DNA from: Patescibacteria group bacterium
GTDB lineage: Bacteria > Patescibacteriota > Patescibacteriia > Magasanikbacterales > GWA2-37-8
Direction of reading: 5' to 3'
NCBI GenBank assembly: GCA_004321885.1
Contig: SCQK01000007.1
Location: 32,001-96,000 of the forward strand
Length of the DNA stretch: 64,000 nt
A model generated the notes under the pieces. That model did no database searches. It saw nothing but the letters and a program-made list of their open reading frames with translations, and was not told where the DNA came from. Positions 49,802 through 59,893 of the stretch are shown piece by piece (the stretch's first letter is position 1; the number at the start of each line of letters is the position of its first letter). The position numbers and the translations under genes are program-made.

Positions 49802-51649
49802 TTATTTTCTCTTTCGCGATTTCGGCTTTTTAGGAGGCGTTTGAACTTTAATATTATCTAACAATTGCCTCTTGGCTTCCGCGGAAAATAATTTTAACAT
49901 CTTAATAATTGCACCAATGCCCTCCGGCGGGCTCAATTGCGATACGCGCAGTATTAAACTGTCGTCGGCCTTGCCCAATAATTTTTCCAGGTATTCTTCC
50001 AAAACATAACGCTGGTTGTCTATGGTAATTTCCCCGGCCACTCCTTTTTCAAAATAAATCTCGGCCGCTTGCGCCGCATCATCGCCGAATAGCTTATTGA
50101 ATAGCCCGGTAAAATTTGTTAGCAGCTCATGGGATAAACTTTTAATTTCTTCTTCGCCTGCCTGTTCCTCGCCTTCTTCTCCCTCCTCCAACGCCTCTCT
50201 GGCCTGCTCCTCATCAGTGGCGCCCTTATGTTCCACCATGGCCGCCGCGTCCTTAATATCTCCCATTTTTACCCTCGCGTTTAAATAGGCGACGAGCTCT
50301 TTAATGTTATAAAAATATTGTTCTTCCACCGGAAAGCCTTCTCTTTCTTTTTTCAAATTCCTGCATCTTATCTTTAAGCATATTTTTTTATTCCCCCAGT
50401 CAAATCTCTCGTTGATCGCTTCGCCAGCAGTGAAAAAATCAGTGCCAGCGGCCTTGGCCAAGCACATCAGCCAATCGCGCGGATTATTGTATAAAAAAGG
50501 CGCGATAATATCCGTAAATATTTTATCATCGGCTTCATCCTGCTCAAGACCATAGCCCCTTATATCTCTTAAGGCTTCGTCATACGTGCTGTGCAGGCCT
50601 TGATAAATCTGACCGCGACGATTATTTCCAATGTCAATGATACGATAATCTTCTTTCGGGCCGTTTGTCCCGTCTTCCTTCGGCCTTTCCAATTTTTGCG
50701 TATAAACGACAAAATTTTCCTTTGGCCCCAGGGCCACGGCCGCGTTCTGAGTGCGGGCGAGGGTTCTCTCATGCTGTCTTTCGTTGGAAATATTTTTCCT
50801 GTGCATTTGCAATAATGGCAATTCAAATTCCACCGTGGTGCCGGTATATTCGTTAAATTTCCCTATCTCGTGCACGTGGCCTTCGGCCAAAAATGGAATG
50901 CCTTTTTTTCTAAGATCGGTCCGAGCATCATTTTTGGACATGGTCTCGCAAACCGGCAGCCATAAAAATTCAGCCGCTCCGTTCACCTTGGTTTCTCCGC
51001 TGGCAAGAAATAACGTATGCGAAGCATTTTCAATGTGGTGCTTATCCAAAGCGCTATCGCGCAAGCCGCCAATGTACTGAAAGCCAATCTGATTTGCCCT
51101 GATTTTATCCAGATACCCCTGTGTATCAAAATCAACCAAAGTGTCAAGCGGACATTTTTCGCGCAGGTCAATCGGCCCTTTTTTTGATTGCACGACGAGC
51201 TCTTCACCGTTAAAATATTTTTCTATTAGCGTCTGGTCGTTAATCTTGTTCAGTCCAAGCATTCTATTCATTTCTCTTATGCACGCAAGCTGGGCCAATT
51301 GGCGCAGGTCTGCTTTTAGCTTTTTGCCCGCGACCTCAATCTTTACCGTCATTTCAGCTTTGTCGGCAATGCCTTGATATATATCCGCGGGGTTGTAGCC
51401 GCCGCGCCAGATTTCGTTCGCTTCTAAAAAGTCGCGCATGCGATGGTGCTCCACCAAAAAATCCGAATCATAGCCGGTCATTGATAATAATTCAACATCA
51501 GCCACTTTCGCCGTATCCGAGGTGGCGTTTTTCCAGCCTATTTTTTCGCCCAACTTATGATAAATATGGTCCATGATGGAACCGGTTTTCCCTTCCGATG
51601 CCGGGCGCTGTTTTTTTTCAACTTCTGGGTTATGTATTTCGCTAGCCAT
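49802..51649 (-). CDS. Hypothetical protein with an acidic Glu-rich C-terminal segment. A possible metallophosphoesterase-like GHVHE motif is low confidence.
   Basis: A 615 aa ORF, translationally coupled to the VirB6-like gene. Confidence 0.45.
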   Translation of the reverse strand: MASEIHNPEVEKKQRPASEGKTGSIMDHIYHKLGEKIGWKNATSDTAKVADVELLSMTGYDSDFLVEHHRMRDFLEANEIWRGGYNPADIYQGIADKAEMTVKIEVAGKKLKADLRQLAQLACIREMNRMLGLNKINDQTLIEKYFNGEELVVQSKKGPIDLREKCPLDTLVDFDTQGYLDKIRANQIGFQYIGGLRDSALDKHHIENASHTLFLASGETKVNGAAEFLWLPVCETMSKNDARTDLRKKGIPFLAEGHVHEIGKFNEYTGTTVEFELPLLQMHRKNISNERQHERTLARTQNAAVALGPKENFVVYTQKLERPKEDGTNGPKEDYRIIDIGNNRRGQIYQGLHSTYDEALRDIRGYGLEQDEADDKIFTDIIAPFLYNNPRDWLMCLAKAAGTDFFTAGEAINERFDWGNKKICLKIRCRNLKKEREGFPVEEQYFYNIKELVAYLNARVKMGDIKDAAAMVEHKGATDEEQAREALEEGEEGEEQAGEEEIKSLSHELLTNFTGLFNKLFGDDAAQAAEIYFEKGVAGEITIDNQRYVLEEYLEKLLGKADDSLILRVSQLSPPEGIGAIIKMLKLFSAEAKRQLLDNIKVQTPPKKPKSRKRK

Positions 51650-51650
51650 A

Positions 51651-54600
51651 TTATGTTAATTTTTTCAATTGTTCGCTGTCCAATCCTCTAATTAGCTTGA
51701 ATAGCTCCTGAATGTTCTTGATTCCCTGATCCCTTAGCCCCTGATCGTTTTGGGCGTTATTACGGTGCTGAAGTTCAATTTTACTGGACTCCGTCACATT
51801 AAATTCTTTAATATGCCTGACCGCCTCGGCCCCAAGATTATATTTTTGCAAGAAACCTTTAATGGCGGCGGCTTGTTCGTTATTAAGCAACGTAGCGCTG
51901 GCCCGCATTGTTTTGCGCACGCTTTCAATTACTTGTTGCGCTTCTCCACCAAAAGTAGTAGCGACTTCCTGCGCCAGCATATTCATTGTGGCGTCATCAA
52001 TCCAACTTTGTTCAAATAAGCCTTTCAAAATTGTCTGGGCCACCATTTTATCTTCCCAGGTCTGCTTGCCTTTCCCTTTAAGTGTAACATGGTTCATATG
52101 CCCGCGATGCGCCTGGAGCAACTGGTCGTAATTCATGTCCTTGAAATTCTTGAAAAATCCTTCCACCACGGCTTCTTCGGCGGCGGTGTTTGGCACATCA
52201 ATGCCCATATTGCCCCAAATATTCGCTTGCCCGGCCTTAGAAATCATGTCCTGGCGCGTGCCGCGATACAAAGTGTATTGATGATCGCGCAAGGCCAGCT
52301 GATGAGCCGCGTAAAGAGCGGGGTTGGCCGCGCCAGCTTTTCCCCAAACCGCGCTTAATTGTCCGCGCGACTGGGTGAGCGATCCCGACAAAGACTTGCC
52401 GATTTCTTCGACATTAGCCGCCGATCCGGCTTGCCGGAGCTGGCCCAATATTTGCTGTAATACATTGATTTCGGTTTTGGCTAAAAAATTTTCATCCATT
52501 TGCTGTTTGCCAAAAAGGACCTTAAAATTATTTTCAAGAGCGGTACCTTTCGTTGAACTAAGAAATGCTTGCGCGGCTGTTGCGTCAATTTTGCCGCCGA
52601 CTTTAATTTTTTCCATTGCCTTTGTCAGAGTTTCCAAACTCGCGGCCAATTCCTGTATTTTTTGTTGATTGGCGCCGCCGCTAAAAATACCGGCCGCGCT
52701 TTCCATCCCCTTCAATTTATTTTCATCAGCTTCTATTTCAGATTCTAAATTTCCAATCTCGTCAGCCAGCCTAACCCCTCTTTCAGTTTCATCGTCCGTC
52801 GGATTCGCTTTATTATTCAATACACCATACTCTCTTTTCATTTCTTCTAATGCACTCTTTTTAGAATCCAGACCAGTTCTCATTCCTTCAGCTTTTTCCC
52901 CGGCCGCCAACGCGGAAGCCACGCCCTGCAAAGATTGAATTCGCGTTTCGATGGGAGCCGATTCCGCTTCCAGCTTTCCCTTCCCTTTTTCATTTAACGC
53001 GCTTTGCGCGGCCAAAAGATTCTTCTCCTCTTCCGAACTTAATCCTTCTTGTTCAGACTTACTGCGCGCCAAGGCGCTAACATATTGTTCGCCCTGACTG
53101 GTATTTATCAGCCCGCCCCTAACGCTCGCTTCAATAAATTTAATCAGCTCCTCGGCAATTTGCCCGCCCAGTTCGCCCATTTTTTTAGCTTCCACTGTGT
53201 GCCGAAATCTTTGGAAAAACGCCGCCCTATTTCTCTTCGCTCCCATTTCTTCCAACCCGATTTCCGCCTCGGCCCGCGCTTTATGCGCCTGAATTTGTTC
53301 GCTGACTGTTCCCAAACCATATTTGTCTTTTTCACCAATTTGGAATTCGCCGTTCTTAAATCGCGCATTGCCTTTCACCGCGCGGCGGCCGTATGCCTTG
53401 TATTCGGTGGTTTTTTCTTCCGAACGCGCTTGTTCTGCCTCAAGCATGCCCTTTTCTATGCGATCCAACGCGTTAATGGACGGCCCTTCAAAGGCCTGAA
53501 ATAAATATTTTGGATCGGCGCTGATTCTTTTGTCCATCAATTCTTCGCGCACCTTGGCGAACTCCTGCACTCTCTTCAATTGTTTCCGGCTGCGCAAAAG
53601 CTTTTCGTGCCTCCCATGGAAGAAACGCTGAAACGGACCGCGACCCTCGTCAACGACCTGCTCTGTGTACCATTCATCCCCCTCTCGCACAAGCTTCGCG
53701 CCTTTTTTAATATCGGCCGCGGCCGCTTTTTTCGCCTCCTCTTCTGTCGCCACGGCTACTCCGCTTTTGTCGGTAATAAGATTTTTTTTCTTCTTAAAAT
53801 CATACTTCATCTGCGTTATCGCCTTACCATTCTCATCATATAATTTTCCGCTCTCATCGGCTGTTACACGAGCATTTTGTTCATCTTCGGTCAAAGCGTC
53901 TTTAGAATCTACTATTTTATTATTCTCGTCACGCTTAACTTTATGCCATGCTTTGCTTTTTTCGTCATATTCCATCTTATAACCCATCAATTCTTCATTT
54001 CTGGACAACCTGGATTTAATGTTCAATTCTTCCTCCTTCGTTTCCAACCGCGGCCCGCCGGCACGCCAGGCTCGCCAGCCCTCCACAATTGACCTTTGCA
54101 AATCGCCTTTGATTCTTTCAACTCTATTAGCCAATAAACCCTGATACAATCCTTTTCCTGTTAATTTTGCCAAACCAATCCCCGCTTTCTTAGCCCCCTC
54201 AACCCCCTTTTTCGCCGCCCAGCGCGCCGCGGTGTACCCGCTCGCCACCGCCGCCACCTTCTTGCCGAAGTCCGTCACTTTGCCCATCATGGCCCCGCCG
54301 GTTACGCCCAGCGCCTGGGTCACTTTCGCCCCAATCAAAAGCATGCCAATGGCAATGGCGAAGTTGGCCATGGCCGGCCATGTCATTGCCGCCGTAATTC
54401 CGGCGCTCTGGCCGCCAACTTTAATGTTTGACGCGCCCGCTGATTCAATGCCCTCATCGGTAATTTGAACCGGAACCGAATTATTGCTGGGGTCAGCTAT
54501 CTCTTTGCTTACTGTCCCGGACCCCACCACGGCAAAAGACAACCAAAGAAAAAACGCCAAAATCGGCCCGACAATCACGTGATTGCCAAACTCGGTCCAC

Positions 54601-55415
54601 CACTGGCTGGCGTATTTTTGCGTTTGCGGTATGACATTCAAAACAAAAGCCAAAGGGGATAAAATGATAAGCACCCAAAGCACAATCATACGCGCCAAAA
54701 GAATCACCAGATAAACACCCATGGTCACCATAGCCATCCCCGCAAAAGCGACTGCGGCAACCGAAGCCATAAATATGCCGGACATCTTGTAATTCTCCGG
54801 TTGCGTGCCGCCGGCAAATCTTTGTATATCATTAAAATTGAAGGCGTTTATAAGATTGCCGCCGGCCGTGGCCGCCACGCCATTGATAAAAGTTATCATC
54901 ACCACCTGGGCCAGGTCTATAATCAACCCGGCAATGGTGCGGCTGAAATTTACAAGTATCGCGGCAAACAATAATTTCACCAGTAATTTTTTGTATTCAT
55001 ATTGCTCTATGCCCAAAATTGTGCCAAAGGCGATAACGAGCAGGATAATTACAAAAAACATGTTGGTAACATCGCGCACCAACACCCACCCAGTAGTTAC
55101 CGCCGTTGAATCTATAAATCCATTGTATCCCCCAATTTGAATGGTAAAACGCAGAATGAAAATTGTAATCTTCATGAACAACGCCGCCATCCACATGGTA
55201 AAAGTAGTGCCGGCGCTCATTATGGCATCAAAAAATCCATCAGCCTGCGCCACTTCGGCGCCCATCACCCACATCAACAAAACAGTCGTGGCCACCATCA
55301 CAAACGAAACCATGCCCAACTTCCTGCTGGGTTTCAAAAATCGCAAAACAGCGCTCGCGGCCGCGCGCGCTTTTACGCAAACTTTACTCGCCTTTTTCCA
55401 AAGGGAGACAAGCAT
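51651..55415 (-). CDS. Giant VirB6/TrbL-like polytopic membrane protein with a long C-terminal coiled-coil domain (1254 aa).
   Basis: The N-terminal region of about 450 aa has more than 8 TM helices, followed by about 800 aa that are heptad-rich. Confidence 0.55.
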   Translation of the reverse strand: MLVSLWKKASKVCVKARAAASAVLRFLKPSRKLGMVSFVMVATTVLLMWVMGAEVAQADGFFDAIMSAGTTFTMWMAALFMKITIFILRFTIQIGGYNGFIDSTAVTTGWVLVRDVTNMFFVIILLVIAFGTILGIEQYEYKKLLVKLLFAAILVNFSRTIAGLIIDLAQVVMITFINGVAATAGGNLINAFNFNDIQRFAGGTQPENYKMSGIFMASVAAVAFAGMAMVTMGVYLVILLARMIVLWVLIILSPLAFVLNVIPQTQKYASQWWTEFGNHVIVGPILAFFLWLSFAVVGSGTVSKEIADPSNNSVPVQITDEGIESAGASNIKVGGQSAGITAAMTWPAMANFAIAIGMLLIGAKVTQALGVTGGAMMGKVTDFGKKVAAVASGYTAARWAAKKGVEGAKKAGIGLAKLTGKGLYQGLLANRVERIKGDLQRSIVEGWRAWRAGGPRLETKEEELNIKSRLSRNEELMGYKMEYDEKSKAWHKVKRDENNKIVDSKDALTEDEQNARVTADESGKLYDENGKAITQMKYDFKKKKNLITDKSGVAVATEEEAKKAAAADIKKGAKLVREGDEWYTEQVVDEGRGPFQRFFHGRHEKLLRSRKQLKRVQEFAKVREELMDKRISADPKYLFQAFEGPSINALDRIEKGMLEAEQARSEEKTTEYKAYGRRAVKGNARFKNGEFQIGEKDKYGLGTVSEQIQAHKARAEAEIGLEEMGAKRNRAAFFQRFRHTVEAKKMGELGGQIAEELIKFIEASVRGGLINTSQGEQYVSALARSKSEQEGLSSEEEKNLLAAQSALNEKGKGKLEAESAPIETRIQSLQGVASALAAGEKAEGMRTGLDSKKSALEEMKREYGVLNNKANPTDDETERGVRLADEIGNLESEIEADENKLKGMESAAGIFSGGANQQKIQELAASLETLTKAMEKIKVGGKIDATAAQAFLSSTKGTALENNFKVLFGKQQMDENFLAKTEINVLQQILGQLRQAGSAANVEEIGKSLSGSLTQSRGQLSAVWGKAGAANPALYAAHQLALRDHQYTLYRGTRQDMISKAGQANIWGNMGIDVPNTAAEEAVVEGFFKNFKDMNYDQLLQAHRGHMNHVTLKGKGKQTWEDKMVAQTILKGLFEQSWIDDATMNMLAQEVATTFGGEAQQVIESVRKTMRASATLLNNEQAAAIKGFLQKYNLGAEAVRHIKEFNVTESSKIELQHRNNAQNDQGLRDQGIKNIQELFKLIRGLDSEQLKKLT

Positions 55416-55428
55416 TCCAGTGTGATTA

Positions 55429-55791
55429 TTATGCGACTATATTATACCACAAAAAAAGCTCCGTAACAACGAAGCTGGGGATAAAAATACACGGGAAGCA
55501 GCCCGAGAGCTGAATGGGAGACGAGCCGTCGTTCCAGTCAATCTTTACATCTCGTATGGGCATCTGGTTCATGTCGGCATAAGCGTAAAATTTGAGGGTA
55601 ACGCGGGAGGGAGAGACGGGTATTGTTACGTCAGCGCTGGTTTTGTCGTTGATGGTGAGGCCTTCGGCGCCCTCAAAACAGATGCCGTTCCGGCAATTTA
55701 CCGCATCCAAGCTGTATACATTGTTTAATTTGGCAAACAAATAATTCAAATCGTTAAACAACCCTTTTTCCACCTGGCACTGGCTTTGCAC
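55429..55791 (-). pseudogene. Internally deleted fragment of the Cys-rich secreted paralog family.
   Basis: ..EKGLFNDLNYLFAKLNNVYSLD[deletion]AVNCRNGICFEGAEGLTINDKTSADV.IPVSPSRVTLKFYAYADMNQMPIRDVKIDWNDGSSPIQLSG is nearly identical to a segment of 58457-59842 but lacks both ends. Confidence 0.6.
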
Positions 55792-55885
55792 GCAGAGGTT
55801 GTTTCTACAAATACCGGTGATGATGTCACGATCGGATTTGCTTTTTTGAAAAAATAATGTATAGTATAATTACTGTTAAAATTTT

Positions 55886-56284
55886 ATGACTGATTTAGCC
55901 AGGCAACTGGAATTTTGGCTTTCGTCGGCCTCAAAAAATTGGCAGACCGCACTTTCTCTGTATAAATTAGGCCATTATGACATGTGCTTATTTTGCTGTC
56001 ATTTGACTTTAGAGAAAAAACTTAAAGCTATTATTGTCTACCTATTGAAAAAAGTACCACCGCCGATTCACGATTTAAATCGTTTAGCGCAAATCGCGGG
56101 GTTAAATGTTTCTCTCACACAACAAGAACAGCTTAATGAAATAACGAAATTTAATATCCAAGCCCGTTACGATGATATAAAATTGGCTTTTTACAAAAAA
56201 GCTACCAAATTATTCGCAAAAAAATATTTGGAAATAACACAAGAATTAATTTTATGGCTGGAAAAAAAATCGGGCGAGAAGTAA
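55886..56284 (+). CDS. HEPN-domain protein, the toxin-like partner of a HEPN/MNT pair.
   Basis: A 132 aa ORF. It overlaps the downstream nucleotidyltransferase gene. HEPN-like helical content with ..ARYDD.. near the C-terminus. Confidence 0.55.
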   Translation: MTDLARQLEFWLSSASKNWQTALSLYKLGHYDMCLFCCHLTLEKKLKAIIVYLLKKVPPPIHDLNRLAQIAGLNVSLTQQEQLNEITKFNIQARYDDIKLAFYKKATKLFAKKYLEITQELILWLEKKSGEK

Positions 56285-56592
56285 TGGAAAAAGTCGGTAA
56301 ATTAAAAAAATCTATTGAAGCGGACGGCATAAAAGTGCACAGTATATTTGTGTATGGCTCGTATGCGAAAGGGAATGCGCACAAATGGAGCGACATAGAT
56401 GTTTGTGTCGTTTCAAAAAATTTTGGGACAAAAATTAAAGAGCCGCAGAATTATTTATGGTCTAAGCGCGTAGTTTTACACGATTATTCTTTAGAACCGA
56501 TTGGATTTAGCTATAAAGATTTTAGATTTAGTAATTCACCTTTAATTAGCGAGGTACGTCGTACTGGCGTAAATATCGGCGATAAGGTATGA
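56254..56592 (+). CDS. Minimal nucleotidyltransferase (MNT) domain protein. The start may be at 56284.
   Basis: VYGSYAKG..SDIDV NTase motif. Confidence 0.6.
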   Translation: MAGKKIGREVMEKVGKLKKSIEADGIKVHSIFVYGSYAKGNAHKWSDIDVCVVSKNFGTKIKEPQNYLWSKRVVLHDYSLEPIGFSYKDFRFSNSPLISEVRRTGVNIGDKV

Positions 56593-56752
56593 ATCAACAA
56601 TTCTTGCGCCAGGTAATGATTGGCAGGGGCGACGGCTCGACACCGGTTCAACTTGACGGCTGCTTCCTCAATCATCTGTGGAAATTTATCCACCGAAATT
56701 ATGTATAGGCTAAGATACTCCCAAAATTCACAACCTCGTCAGACTTTTATTT

Positions 56753-56950
56753 TTGACGGAACTCCACATACCGCAGTATATCAAGTGTCAAATTGAGGAT
56801 TTAAATCCGCATTATCTTATACCTCGTTATCCTGATTTGGAATTCAAACCAAAATTTAGTTTTACCCACAACGAAAAGAACGCGAAAAAAATAATTAATT
56901 CCGCCGAAAAAATTGTAGTATGTCTAAAAAGCAAGTTAGAAAGATACTAA
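56753..56950 (+). pseudogene. C-terminal fragment of a second HEPN gene (N-terminus missing).
   Basis: Only 65 aa, with ..YLIPRYPD.. HEPN-like C-terminal motif, immediately upstream of a second MNT gene. Confidence 0.4.
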
Positions 56951-57249
56951 CAAAATTTGAAAATGAATTATCCAAAAAAATCAAAGTGGATAATATTTTT
57001 ATTTTTGGCAGCGCTGCCAGAGGCGAAATGACCAGAGACAGTGACTTGGATTTAATTGTCATTTCCAACAATTTCGACAAAATGGACTTCATGAAACGGT
57101 TGCAATTATTGTCGCGGGCCAGCGCGTGCTGCGCCGACAAGATTGCGATGGACGTGGTTGGATACACAATCAAAGAATTTAGGGACATGGACAAAGTTGA
57201 ATCGTTATCCTTAAAGAGAATCATGCGCGAAGGATATTTTGTGCGATGA
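56920..57249 (+). CDS. Minimal nucleotidyltransferase (MNT) domain protein, second copy.
   Basis: IFGSAARGEMTRDSDLDLIV. Confidence 0.6.
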   Translation: MSKKQVRKILTKFENELSKKIKVDNIFIFGSAARGEMTRDSDLDLIVISNNFDKMDFMKRLQLLSRASACCADKIAMDVVGYTIKEFRDMDKVESLSLKRIMREGYFVR

Positions 57250-57327
57250 GATAAGTTGTGAAACTCATTAAAAAACTTATCCACTCTTTTTTCTTGACAC
57301 CGCTTGGCTAAAAATGCGACAATACCC

Positions 57328-57356
57328 TTGACAAAAGGGTGTTTTTGTGTTATGTT
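57328..57356 (+). promoter_or_regulatory. Sigma70-like promoter (TTGACA, 17 bp spacer, TATGTT) within the left inverted-repeat arm.
   Basis: ttgacaaaagggtgtttttgtgttatgtt. A mirrored copy lies on the minus strand near 60560-60595. Confidence 0.45.
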
Positions 57357-57432
57357 GTATGGTTCTTTCACAAAGTGCTAAGTAGGCCAGTATATGGCCT
57401 GGTTAGCCACAAAAGAAGGTTTGGGTAAAGAG

Positions 57433-57572
57433 TGTCATTGCGAGAAGGGAGCGTAAGCGACCGACGCCTGTCCGCCTCTGGCGGAAAGCAATCCCAGTCA
57501 ATTACGAAAGGCCTGCCTGTCGGCAGGCAGGGATTGCCGCGTCGCTCACTGCGTTCGCTCCTCGCAATGACA
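57433..57572. repeat. MITE-like element of about 140 bp with imperfect terminal inverted repeats of about 30 bp (TGTCATTGCGAG...CTCGCAATGACA), in the 5' leader of a lipoprotein gene.
   Basis: tgtcattgcgagaagggagcgtaagcgac ... gtcgctcactgcgttcgctcctcgcaatgaca. A second copy lies at 60357-60496. Confidence 0.7.
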
Positions 57573-57613
57573 AACAACGTTTTTCCCCGCTTCGGCGGGG
57601 AAGGAGAAAGTCC

Positions 57614-58009
57614 ATGCTGAAGAAATTGATCGCCACCCTCCTCTGCGTCGCGTTCGCGATGCTCGCCGCGTCCTGCGGCGATGATGGCAAGACCCCGCCC
57701 CCGTCCGACGCGCGGGTCTCGCCCGAACTCCGCGCGGACGGTTGTCCGCCCGGACGAAAAAGGGACAACGTGTCCGGCGAGTGCGTGCTCGCCGACGGGC
57801 TTGTGCCAGACACGAAGAAACCCACGCCGGATACGGGTGTGTGCCCCACACTGCCGAAGGAGGAGGTTGCGTGCAAATTGGGCAAAACCACTGTCGTCAG
57901 TTGCACACTGACAAAGTGGAAACCTGGTGGCTGTGTCGACGTGTGGTGCGCGTGCAACACCGACCCTGGTTGTAACGGGTGGTGGCGCCGCGCTGACTGC
58001 GGCCTCTAA
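57614..58009 (+). CDS. Small Cys-rich lipoprotein (variant A), high-GC.
   Basis: MLKKLIATLLCVAFAMLAASCGDD with a lipobox. 13 Cys in the mature part. Confidence 0.6.
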   Translation: MLKKLIATLLCVAFAMLAASCGDDGKTPPPSDARVSPELRADGCPPGRKRDNVSGECVLADGLVPDTKKPTPDTGVCPTLPKEEVACKLGKTTVVSCTLTKWKPGGCVDVWCACNTDPGCNGWWRRADCGL

Positions 58010-58089
58010 CCTTCAAAAACTGCACTGAGCAAGACGTTCGGTGCAGTAAAAATTGTATTCTTTAAAAGAAGAACCTAAAAAGAAGAAAC

Positions 58090-58455
58090 TTACAAGACGA
58101 ACTTTAAAAGATTTTTTAATTCTTTTTCCTCTTCTATAAACTTTTTTTTCATCCTGCGAGCGGCGGCATAGCTGATTTGAAAGTCATTTTTTAATTGACG
58201 GGCGGTGTAATTTGAATCGCTTAAATAATTTTCAAACGCGGATAACCATTTTACCAAAGGTATTCTTGTCTTGTGGAATACTACCTCGGAGATGTCGGAA
58301 AATCTCCTTAAACAATTTTGACAAGTGTATTTTTTTATTTTCCTTTTATCTCTAATGGTGTAAACTCTCTTTGAGAAACAATCAGGACAAACCAGACCGC
58401 GAGGCCAATTCATTCTGCGCAGTGCCTGAAGGATTTGCGTTTCAGAATATATCAT
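58090..58455 (-). pseudogene. N-terminal fragment of an IS1595-family transposase (zinc-ribbon plus HTH only; DDE domain absent).
   Basis: CPDCFSKRVY....YTCQNCLRRFS zinc ribbon followed by PLVKWLSAFENYLSDSNYTARQLKNDFQISYAAARRM, typical of the IS1595 N-terminal region. It is only 121 aa. Confidence 0.5.
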
Positions 58456-58456
58456 A

Positions 58457-59842
58457 TCATTTCGGAGCTACAATGATGGATTTGGGAGAGGAGCCGCCGA
58501 AGGGGGTCCAGGCACCACTATCTAAAGGAAAACATTCATCATCGTAAGTATTCCCGGTGATTTGTCTTCTATCATAACACCCCGTCTTCCCCGGGCTATT
58601 CGCGTCACCGCACACCCCATTACACCACCCCCAATTATCCTTGACCTGTACCTTGGGGGTGTATTTGCAACAGCCTTCTTTGAAAGCGAGGTCGGACGGG
58701 CATTGAGAAGCCGGAACAAAGTTGGCGCTGTCTTTGACGCACTGATAGGAATAGTCGGCGCGGAAGTACGCGTTGTCGCAGGTTTTGTCCACAATCTGGC
58801 CGAAGTTGGGGGCGATGTTTTCCGGCAGGCATTGGTCTATGTTTTTGCAGTCATTCACTGACTGGCACTCTTTGTTTGTTGGTTTCTCAGTACCATACAC
58901 TTCTTTGTGCGTCACGGTATTATAAGAAGCTGTTTTTATATAGCAATATTTCTTGGCGTTAAATTCCCCGCCAACGGATTGGAAATCGCATTTCGTGCCT
59001 GTGGTTTTGCCTCGGTGATTGCGGAAGTAGCCCGAGAGCTGAATGGGAGACGAACCATCGCCCCAGTCAATTTTTACATCTCGTATGGGCATCTGGTTCA
59101 TGTCGGCATAAGCGTAAAATTTGAGGGTAACGCGGGAGGGAGAGACCGGTATTTTCACGTCATCACTGGTTTTGTCGTTGATGGTGAGGCCTTCGGTGCC
59201 CTCAAAACAAATGCCATTCCGGCAATTTACCGCTAAAATTTTCGGAGCCAAAGCCGCAGAAGATTGCTCGGTCGCATTGAAAAGATTATTTTGCGAAGAA
59301 ACGCGCGCCTGATAAACTCCAGCCTCATCCAAGCTGTATACATTGTTTAATTTGGCAAACAAATAATTCAAATCGTTAAACATCCCTTTTTCTATCTGGC
59401 TGTCCGAAAGCTGGCTTAGCAGCGGAGGCGCCGGCCTGGAAAAATCAAGCGTGCCGTCCACGGCGCCGCTCGCGGTCTTGTTCGTCTGCCCGCCTGGATT
59501 GATATTTTTGGAACTGTAAGGCGCGCCGGTCACAGTTTGGCTGGTGTTTTGCTGGCGAGGGCCGTACAGTAATTTAATATCTTCCTTATCCGTTAAAGGA
59601 GGATTAGTGATATTTAGACTGCCAAACGGAGACATCAGGGTTTTGAAAATATAGTCGGCCAATTTATCCACACCTGTCGGCGAGGTATGCAAATTAACAG
59701 TAAAATTTCCGCCTTCCCAAATTCTGTTTGTTTTGGCCGTATTGGCCCTGTAAGCCGCGTCCGCGATTTGCATAAATTTTCTTAAAGTAGTATTGCGTAT
59801 TCTCTTGAAAAGAGAAGGGATTCTCTGCTCAAGGGAACGCAC
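58457..59842 (-). CDS. Cys-rich secreted protein, a member of a paralogous family that also includes 60699-64000 and the fragment 55429-55791.
   Basis: It shares a C-terminal stretch of about 60 identical residues (NIAPNFGQIVDKTCDNAYFRADYSYQCVKDSANFVPASQCPSDLAFKEGCCKYTPKVQVKDNWGWCNG) with the large paralog. Confidence 0.6.
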   Translation of the reverse strand: MRSLEQRIPSLFKRIRNTTLRKFMQIADAAYRANTAKTNRIWEGGNFTVNLHTSPTGVDKLADYIFKTLMSPFGSLNITNPPLTDKEDIKLLYGPRQQNTSQTVTGAPYSSKNINPGGQTNKTASGAVDGTLDFSRPAPPLLSQLSDSQIEKGMFNDLNYLFAKLNNVYSLDEAGVYQARVSSQNNLFNATEQSSAALAPKILAVNCRNGICFEGTEGLTINDKTSDDVKIPVSPSRVTLKFYAYADMNQMPIRDVKIDWGDGSSPIQLSGYFRNHRGKTTGTKCDFQSVGGEFNAKKYCYIKTASYNTVTHKEVYGTEKPTNKECQSVNDCKNIDQCLPENIAPNFGQIVDKTCDNAYFRADYSYQCVKDSANFVPASQCPSDLAFKEGCCKYTPKVQVKDNWGWCNGVCGDANSPGKTGCYDRRQITGNTYDDECFPLDSGAWTPFGGSSPKSIIVAPK

Positions 59843-59893
59843 CGCGAGGCGATGCGTGAGAAGGTTAGGATGGGTGGGCGAGGTGGGGCGACG

